64,000 nucleotides of DNA from Ascoidea asiatica JCM 7603 (Eukaryota; Fungi; Ascomycota). The notes under the pieces are model-generated. The model was not told where the DNA came from, searched no databases, and saw nothing but the letters and a program-made list of their open reading frames with translations. The stretch spans positions 776,003-840,002 of the forward strand of contig BCKQ01000003.1 of assembly GCA_001600695.1 (NCBI GenBank). The letters run 5' to 3'. Each line of letters starts with the position of its first letter. The stretch's first letter is position 1. Below are positions 56,351-64,000 of the stretch, one piece after another. Both the position numbers and the translations under genes were made by a program.

Positions 56351-57109
56351 TTAAAATTTAGATAATAAACTTGAAGGTAAATTTTTACTTGCTTCATCAT
56401 TAACAAACCAAGAAACTTTTGGATTTAATAATTCATTAACCAATTCAGTTGGATAACCAGATTTTTCATTACCAAATATTTTTTCAAAAATTGGTGCTTT
56501 ATTTGCACCTTCTGCAACAAATGATATATTTAAAGCTTTTTCTAAAAGTGGAAAAGTAAATGTAATTCTTCTTGGAGGAGGTTTTGGACTATTAATAATT
56601 GATGCAATTAATTTTTTTTTTTCATTTAATAATTCATGATTTGGAAATAATGAACATGTATGACCATCTGGTCCACATCCTAATAAAATTAAATCAAAAA
56701 TTTTATCTTTAGGTAATAAAGATTCATATTCTTTTGCAATATCTTCAATTCTTAAAGGATCATTAACTAAAGATTCATTAATTGTTATAACTTCAGGTCC
56801 TAAAAATTGTTTTTTAACTAATTCATTTAATATTAAATCATTTATTAATTTATAATTTGAATCTTCATCTTCTAAAGGTACTATTCTTTCATCTGCAAAA
56901 TAAATTATCCATTTTGACCAATTAATTTTTGAAGCAATTTCTTTATCATCAATAAGAGCTTTTTTTAAAGTCTTTGGTAATGAACCACCAGATACAGCAA
57001 CAATAAAATGTGATTTTCCTGAGTTTAATACTTCATCTTGAATTTGTAAAATATGTTTTCCGAGAGCAATTGAAGGATCAGAAGATGAATAAATCTTTGG
57101 AGTTGTCAT
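56351..57109 (-). CDS. SOL3: 6-phosphogluconolactonase
   Basis: VAVSGGSL, FADERIVP, DSNY, LLGCGPDGHTCSLFP, PKPPPRRITFT. Confidence 0.95.
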   Translation of the reverse strand: MTTPKIYSSSDPSIALGKHILQIQDEVLNSGKSHFIVAVSGGSLPKTLKKALIDDKEIASKINWSKWIIYFADERIVPLEDEDSNYKLINDLILNELVKKQFLGPEVITINESLVNDPLRIEDIAKEYESLLPKDKIFDLILLGCGPDGHTCSLFPNHELLNEKKKLIASIINSPKPPPRRITFTFPLLEKALNISFVAEGANKAPIFEKIFGNEKSGYPTELVNELLNPKVSWFVNDEASKNLPSSLLSKF

Positions 57110-57620
57110 TTTTTGATATGATTGAGTTGAATTACTTATAAATTTGATTGAGGAATTTATAATTGAATGAAATTGAATAAAATTGAAAGCAATTGAAAAT
57201 AATTTGAAATAGAATAGTTATATAAAAGTTGATTATTGTACTTTTTAATATCCTTTAAAAAGAATAAATTGATGGGGATTTGTCTCCCATGTAAAAGTAT
57301 CATAAAGAAAGAAGTGAACTTCGACTATTCAATAAAGTTACTTCAATCTCATTTATTACGTAATTGGCACCTACGGATAATTATCCGCGTTAAAATAAAA
57401 CCGCCGACGGAAATAAAAACGGATTTACTATTCCGTTATATTGACTAATCCTTACAACGGACTATGCTTTTACTCCGGATCGATTGTTTTTCAATCAAAA
57501 GAAGGTTCAAAAATATTGATACAAATGATACAAAGGTTTTATTCAACGACAAAGTATTGGTTTTTATTCAGTTTATTCAAAATTATTGTTTATTATAAAT
57601 ATTAGTTGCTATTACTTCTT

Positions 57621-59255
57621 TTATTCGCATCTCTCAATTTGGTTTTCCAATTCGAGAATCTTGACTTTATAATACTCGTTCATTGTTTTCAACGATTTCT
57701 TTAATTTTTTAATTTTTTGTTTCTTCTCAAACAATTTAATAGCTAGTATTTTATTGGTAACTTTTGAACCACCATTTTCATGATTCTTATCATTTTTATT
57801 GTCATGGTCATCCTTAAACAAAATTGGGGCTTTATTCAATTTTTGTTCTAAGATATTTTTATCTCTTTCAATTCGACTTAATTTAATCTTTAACTTATAA
57901 TTTTCTAGTATCTTATTTCTTAACTTTTTTTTGTAATTATTTATATTCAAGCTCATTTCATTGATTTCTTTTTTATATTCTGAGTTTAAAATCTTTTCTA
58001 ATTTGAGAGTAGGATTTTCGGTAAAGTTTTTGATTTCATTTCCATTTCCTACCATTCTTCCATTTGTACTTTCATTTTCATTTTCATTTTCATTTTCACT
58101 TTCACTTTCACTTTCCTCTTCACTCGAATTTCGATTTTGATTTTGATCTTTATTTTCTTTTTCATATGTCCCTTTGGAACCTTGAAAATCTAAATCACCT
58201 TCATCATTGAAAAAGATCATATTTCTTGTGATATTAATATTTGAATATTGAGATCTTTTTTTGAAAAATGTATTAAATTGAATTCGATCATTGATACTCA
58301 AGAATGAAACTAAAGTTATTGCCAATGTATTTTTTTTACAATGAAATGAAGCTTCAACAATAATTAAACATAATATATAAAGTTGAAAATAATTTTCTTC
58401 ATTTATAATTTTCATATTCTTTATTTTATTCAAATTCATTGTACTAGGTAAAGAGTTAGTTAATATTGGTAGTAATAACTTTTCAATATTTAATAATGAA
58501 ATATATTTACCAAGTTGAGTATTTATATTATTATTATTATTACTACTACTATCATCATCATTATAATAATTCTCACTTGTGATGGCAGGTGATACAGATA
58601 AAGATGTAAAAGAGTTATGTATTACTGATTCTAACGATTGTGATGATTTTGGTGAGTTTGATGATTTTGGTGATTTTGGTAATTTCGGTGATTTTTGTGA
58701 ATTGGATGATTTGGAAGAGATTGACTTTGAAGACATTGATTTTGAAGACATTGGTGCAGAAAGTCGACTTTTGATAGAATTTTTAAATTCGTTTTTATCA
58801 TAGATTAAATTATTATTAATATAGTAGAAATTATTTACTATATTGATTAACTTTTCAAAATATTTGATTTTTAAATTATAGTTTTTTTGATAATTTGAAA
58901 ACCGATTTAAGAAATTTTTAATTTTATCATCTATTATTAATATTAAAATTTGATTTAAGATCAATGGATCAGTTAATTTCAAATAAATATTCAAATAAAT
59001 TAATTCATCATCATAATTGTCATAATTATTATAAATTTCATAATTTGAATCAGAATCAGATGAATGATCTAAATTGAAATTATTTTTATCATAATTATCA
59101 TAATATTCATAATTAATATTAAATTTTTTCTCAAATTCTTTTTCGATTGGAGAATCTGGAAATTGAGATATCCAATTATAAGTTGCTTTAATGAATTCTT
59201 TATTAAATTTAAATGAAGGAGATGAATTAATATACGAAGGTGATAATGATGACAT
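57621..59255 (-). CDS. Hook/Girdin-like CH-domain protein with C-terminal coiled coil; putative dynein adaptor
   Basis: Ordered blocks NWISQF, YLKLTDPLILNQILILI, NYNLKIKYFEKLINIVNNFY, LYILCLIIVEASFHCKKNTLAITLVSFLS match recalled Hook-domain helices; heptad-rich C-terminus. Confidence 0.65.
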   Translation of the reverse strand: MSSLSPSYINSSPSFKFNKEFIKATYNWISQFPDSPIEKEFEKKFNINYEYYDNYDKNNFNLDHSSDSDSNYEIYNNYDNYDDELIYLNIYLKLTDPLILNQILILIIDDKIKNFLNRFSNYQKNYNLKIKYFEKLINIVNNFYYINNNLIYDKNEFKNSIKSRLSAPMSSKSMSSKSISSKSSNSQKSPKLPKSPKSSNSPKSSQSLESVIHNSFTSLSVSPAITSENYYNDDDSSSNNNNNINTQLGKYISLLNIEKLLLPILTNSLPSTMNLNKIKNMKIINEENYFQLYILCLIIVEASFHCKKNTLAITLVSFLSINDRIQFNTFFKKRSQYSNINITRNMIFFNDEGDLDFQGSKGTYEKENKDQNQNRNSSEEESESESENENENENESTNGRMVGNGNEIKNFTENPTLKLEKILNSEYKKEINEMSLNINNYKKKLRNKILENYKLKIKLSRIERDKNILEQKLNKAPILFKDDHDNKNDKNHENGGSKVTNKILAIKLFEKKQKIKKLKKSLKTMNEYYKVKILELENQIERCE

Positions 59256-59759
59256 TAAAGGAAGAATAAACTCAGATAGAGATGATAATTAAGCAAATTG
59301 TTTTTATTTCATTTAATTTTTTTTTTTTTTTATATATATGGATGAAAAATTCAATACTAAAATAGATTTTGAATGAATTTAAATAAATCAGTGAATAATC
59401 TCTATTCTTTTAAAAATATTCTAGCAATTTCAATTCAAATATAGCCATTTACAACCTCATCTTTTTCCTAACTTCTTTTGATATTTCAGAATTTCACATT
59501 AACAAACTTTAGCTAAATTCGTATATATTGTTTACATTTGCAAATGTACTTTGTGTAACGTTAACTGCTTTTCTTGTTCTCATACTGAAGCCACTCCATC
59601 TAAAAAATCATTAGCGCCAGAGCCCTCAAGACCTCCATTAAATTAATGCAAACTTCGATATTAACCTTTAGATAAAAATATTGAAATGATAAAATATTAA
59701 AATGATAAAATAGTATATAATTGGTGTTGATGGTTTCAATTGAACCCTTTTCAAGTAAA

Positions 59760-61697
59760 CTATGGATTAGCGCCGATAGAATTTTGATCTTGATTTTGAT
59801 CTCTTTTTTTAATGATAAATTTTGGTTTTGGTTTAACAACATTAGAATTTATATTAATAATGTTATTCATTGAGTTATTTTGAATGTTGATTGAATCGGA
59901 AGTTGGACGAAATGTATTTGAAAATGAATATGTTCTTGGAGTAGAAGTATTATTATAAGTATTATATTGATTATTAGAATTATTGAGATTATTAGGATTA
60001 TTGAAAGGATAAAATGAAGATGAATTTGTATTTGGAATAAAAGTAGAAGTTGAAATAGAATTTGATATTTGATTAATTTTTCTTTCTTGTTTTTTAATTG
60101 GAATTGAATTTTGAATTGAATTAATATTATTTTGCTTAATTTCATTATTTAAAATTATTTTTTTTCTGTTTCCTGATCTTTTTTTATTTGAGTTTGATAT
60201 TGAAGTAGTTGATAAATTTGATGATAGAGAAGAATTTGAATTTATTTTAGTTAATTCTTTTTGATCTTTTTTATTATTATTTAATTTATTTGATTTATTT
60301 GATTTATTTGATCTATTTAATTTAGATGATTTTATTGAATTATTTGATTTTTCAACAATTTTTTTATTACTTGAATCAATATTTGATAAAGAAAATTTTT
60401 CATTTAAAATTTTAGATTGTTGTTTTTGATTAAATTTTGATTTATTAGATTTATTTGAATCTTTTTTATTTTTATTATCTTTAATATCTTTGTTATCTTT
60501 ATTATCATTTTTAAATTTTTTATCTTTCTTATTTTTATTATTATTATCATTTTTATTATCATTTCCTTTTTTATTATTATTATCTTTTTGAGATTTTATT
60601 GATAATTTTTTTTCTTTAATTTTTTCTTTTAAAGCAGAATTTGAGATAATTGAAATATAATTATAATTATTATTAATAGTAAAGAAATCTTCATCATTTG
60701 GTATAATTTTTTCATCTAAATTGATATCAGTAGTGGTAGTAATTGATTGAAATTTTAAAAATTTTAAATAATATGGATCATTAAGTAAAGTATCATTTAA
60801 AGAATCTGATTTTTGAAATTGATTTATCAGATTAGTATTATTATTAAATTGATCATATTCAGTTAATGGCATTTTATAATAATTTGATAATTGAAAATTA
60901 ATATTATTAAAATTATAAATTTTTAAAATATTTTCATTATTATTAATATTATTTGAAATAAATTTTTTAAAATCTAAGATGAAAGAATTTAAAAGATTAA
61001 TATTTTTGAAAAGTATGAAAGAAGTTGAAGATGAATTTAAAAAAGATTGAGAATAATAATGAATTAAAATTGAATTATTATTAATATAATGATTGAATAA
61101 ATCTTTAAAAATTAAGAGAAAATTGGATTTATTTAAATTTATTGGTAAATTTCTAATTTTTAATTTTTTTGAATCTTTTTTTTTTAGTTTTTCAATAAAT
61201 TCGAATTCTTTCTTGTTTTTAAAATTTGATCTATTCTTTTTATTTGATTTTTTTTTAATTTTATTCTTGTTATTCATTGTTATTTGAGTTGCTTTAGATT
61301 TGATATCATTATCGTTATTATCATTACCATTTTCATTATCTTTATCTTTATCTTTTGCTTGAATTTGAATTTGATTTTGATTTTGATTTTGACTATTTTC
61401 TTGATTTAATTCATGATTTTTAAATTTATTTTTATTTTTATTTCTATTTCTTGAAGAATTTTTTCTGTTACTATTTGGTTTTTGTTTAATTTCTAAATCA
61501 GTAATTAAATTTAAGTTATTTTTTTTCAAATTTTCATTAATGTTATCATTATCTAAAGTTGATTTTAACTCTTTTAATTGTTTTGATCTATTTCTTTGTG
61601 AAGAATATCTTTGTTTCTTTGAATTTGAAATTGGTAAAACTGAAGAGAATGAAACATTTGAAGGGGAAGTAGATATTGAAGAATTAGGAGTCGACAT
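59760..61697 (-). CDS. UPF3: Nonsense-mediated decay factor Upf3 (diverged, with N/K-rich expansions)
   Basis: KLKIRNLPINLNKSNF, LSNYYKMP, DTLLNDPYYLKFL match the Smg4/UPF3 RRM-like domain; K-rich tail. Confidence 0.7.
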   Translation of the reverse strand: MSTPNSSISTSPSNVSFSSVLPISNSKKQRYSSQRNRSKQLKELKSTLDNDNINENLKKNNLNLITDLEIKQKPNSNRKNSSRNRNKNKNKFKNHELNQENSQNQNQNQIQIQAKDKDKDNENGNDNNDNDIKSKATQITMNNKNKIKKKSNKKNRSNFKNKKEFEFIEKLKKKDSKKLKIRNLPINLNKSNFLLIFKDLFNHYINNNSILIHYYSQSFLNSSSTSFILFKNINLLNSFILDFKKFISNNINNNENILKIYNFNNINFQLSNYYKMPLTEYDQFNNNTNLINQFQKSDSLNDTLLNDPYYLKFLKFQSITTTTDINLDEKIIPNDEDFFTINNNYNYISIISNSALKEKIKEKKLSIKSQKDNNNKKGNDNKNDNNNKNKKDKKFKNDNKDNKDIKDNKNKKDSNKSNKSKFNQKQQSKILNEKFSLSNIDSSNKKIVEKSNNSIKSSKLNRSNKSNKSNKLNNNKKDQKELTKINSNSSLSSNLSTTSISNSNKKRSGNRKKIILNNEIKQNNINSIQNSIPIKKQERKINQISNSISTSTFIPNTNSSSFYPFNNPNNLNNSNNQYNTYNNTSTPRTYSFSNTFRPTSDSINIQNNSMNNIININSNVVKPKPKFIIKKRDQNQDQNSIGANP

Positions 61698-62078
61698 TTG
61701 ATTTACCTGAAAAAAAGGTTGAATGCTGAGTCTTGTTTAAATCGATATTAAAATGAATTTAATGGAAATTAAAACTGGGAAACAAAAATAAAAAAGAATA
61801 TAATTAGATAATTCTCAATCACTTTTTATATTCAAAGTATCTCCATAGATTATGTTTGATTTGAATTATTTCAAGTCCTTAGTAAAAAAGTAGGTAAAGT
61901 TGTAACTATTGTAATATAATAAACATCATAAATATCCATTACCACAACAATCGCCAATAAGCATCATCTGCTTCAGGGAACAATTTGACCATCAAAACAA
62001 GACAAGGCAAGAAACAGCAAGAAGCAGTACACATATGTGTTATTACAGAGCCCTAATAATGTAGCCCTAATGTTACAT

Positions 62079-62149
62079 CACGTGGTTAATAACACGTGTA
62101 AGATTGAAACCATTAAATTGGATCCTTTAATTTTTTTAAAAATCACGTG
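62079..62149. promoter_or_regulatory. Three CACGTG E-boxes (Pho4/Cbf1/Tye7-type) in the UPF3-FLC divergent promoter
   Basis: CACGTG at 62079, 62093 and 62144. Confidence 0.55.
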
Positions 62150-62986
62150 GAAGAAAAAAAAATAAACGGGGCTGGTGCTGCTGGCTGGTGCAGCTGCTGG
62201 CGGTGCTGGCGATGCTCGACTCTTGACGCTGGTGTTTACTGGGCTTGCACTGCCAGTTTCTTAGTTAAGTTACTAGGAGAGCAGAAAAGAAAATAACGTT
62301 GGAAATAAATAATAATAGAATCTACCGGTACTGTAGAAAAGAATAATAGTATCGTTAATAGAAATTTGATACATATTTGAAATATATTATTTGAAATATC
62401 TTGATATATTGATATATTCAATAATAATTATCTTATTATCATACCCAGTAATTCCATTACATTATTGAAGATCAATAAAGAAAGAATACCCCATCACTTT
62501 GCTCAAAGACTTTTTTGTTGTAGCAGCTGAATCAATATTCCAATCATCTTTCAAATATTATATCAAATAACATTATATTTCATACCCTTTAATCAAAAAT
62601 AAACAATAGATAAAATCATATCGAATTCTATCAGATCAGTTCAGTTCAAATCAAATCAAATTCTATATATTATATATCTAATCAGATAATTGTACATTTC
62701 AAAATATATTATAGTAATTGCTTTTTTTCAATATTTTAATTACTGTTATCATACTTCTCGTTTAATATTAGACTGATATCTGTTTATATACAGAATATAC
62801 ACAACTTTTATTTATATTTTGAGAATTACCTTTTAATTATCTTTCATTTTATCTTCAATTATCAAAAACATTACCTTTACTTACAATTCTATTATTGCAT
62901 TTTATCAAATTCAAATATTATTACTAAGATTAAAAAAAAATTAAAGTAATATAATATATATTAAAAATTAAAAATTCTTTTCAAAA

Positions 62987-64000
62987 ATGAATCCAATAAA
63001 TTTCTTACTTATTTTTTTATCAATATTAAATATATCCTTAGCTAAAAGATCTTTATCTGCATCTTCTTTAGTAACATGTATGGATAATTCTCAATTATCT
63101 GCTTCTTATTTCGATGTTGTTTTTAATCCTGATGATCGTTCTCTAAATTATGATCTTGATTTAACAAGTGAAATTGATGGTTATGTAATTGCAAATATTC
63201 AAGTTTATGCTTATGGGTTTAAAATTATTCATGAAACTTTAGATATGTGTTCATTAAGTTTTAAACAATTTTGTCCACTTTATCCAGGTCCTGTTGATAT
63301 TGAATCAACTGAATATATAAGTTCTTCAATAACAAAACAAATTCCAGGAATTGCATATACTGTTCCTGATATTGATGCTTTTATAAGAATTGAAATTCAA
63401 AATACAAATAAAACTAAATTAGCTTGTATTCAAGCTGATTTCTCAAATGGTAAAACTGTCTCTCATATTGCTATAAAATGGGTAACTGCATTCATTGCAG
63501 GTTTAGGTTTATTAACTTCTGCTTTATTATCTTCTTTAGGTAATAATTCAAATGCTGCTTCTCATATTGCTGCAAATGCTGTTTCTTTATTTTCTTATTT
63601 TCAATCTGTTGTTATTGTAACAATGCAACATGTTGATAGAGTTCCTCCAATTGCTTCTGCTTGGTCTCAAAATTTAGCTTGGTCAATGGGTTTAATAAGA
63701 ACTGAATTTATGCAAAAAATTTTTAGATGGTATATACAATCAACTGGTGGTACTCCAACTTTATATTTTACTTCTGAAACTGTTTCAATTTTAGTTCAAA
63801 GAAGTTTAGATTTATTTAAAAGAACTTTTCCAAATACTACTTCTCTTATTAAAAGAGCTAAAACTTATGTTCTTTATGGTAATAAAAATTTATTAATATT
63901 TAGAGGTATTAAAAGAGTTGGTTATTTAGCTCATATTGAAGCAACTTCAATAGTTGTAACTGGTTTTACTTTTTTTATAATTTGTGCTTATGTTTTAGTT
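62987..64000 (+). CDS. FLC1: FLC-family TRP-like flavin carrier / Ca2+ channel, 5' part (runs off the window; absent from the ORF track)
   Basis: MNPINFLLIFLSILNISLAKRSLSASSLVTCMDNSQLSASYFDVVFNPDDRSL..VYAYG..IPGIAYTVPDID..VPPIASAWSQNLAWSMG; frame open to the window end. Confidence 0.92.
   Translation, partial: MNPINFLLIFLSILNISLAKRSLSASSLVTCMDNSQLSASYFDVVFNPDDRSLNYDLDLTSEIDGYVIANIQVYAYGFKIIHETLDMCSLSFKQFCPLYPGPVDIESTEYISSSITKQIPGIAYTVPDIDAFIRIEIQNTNKTKLACIQADFSNGKTVSHIAIKWVTAFIAGLGLLTSALLSSLGNNSNAASHIAANAVSLFSYFQSVVIVTMQHVDRVPPIASAWSQNLAWSMGLIRTEFMQKIFRWYIQSTGGTPTLYFTSETVSILVQRSLDLFKRTFPNTTSLIKRAKTYVLYGNKNLLIFRGIKRVGYLAHIEATSIVVTGFTFFIICAYVLV

Overview
Very AT-rich eukaryotic DNA from a budding yeast (Saccharomycotina). 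The intronless, Asn-rich genes and rare CTG codons fit an Ascoidea-like, CUG-reassigned lineage, but that is an inference. The window holds about 19 protein genes: a YIM1/AST1-like reductase, a 78-aa Cys-rich microprotein, a CRP1-type Cu-exporting P1B ATPase, RSM10, MIH1, a tail-less Crh-type GH16, an orphan membrane protein, three Agp2-like amino-acid permeases, KIN3, OSH1/SWH1, CDC15, COA2, dynamitin (JNM1-like), SOL3, a Hook-domain protein, UPF3 and the 5' part of an FLC gene. There are also two convergent intron-containing tRNA genes: tRNA-Tyr(GUA) and an atypical tRNA-Arg(UCU). No intact mobile element was recognised. Best leads: (1) an unannotated-looking protein with a Hook/Girdin-like N-terminal domain plus coiled coil, separated from dynamitin only by SOL3, which could be a dynein-dynactin adaptor of a type absent from S. 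cerevisiae; (2) the Cys/His-rich microprotein upstream of the copper ATPase; (3) a tRNA-Arg with A-box and B-box substitutions; (4) apparent gene-conversion tracts between tandem permeases; (5) a Mcm1-Fkh2 composite element upstream of KIN3. All family assignments come from by-eye motif recognition, not database searches.
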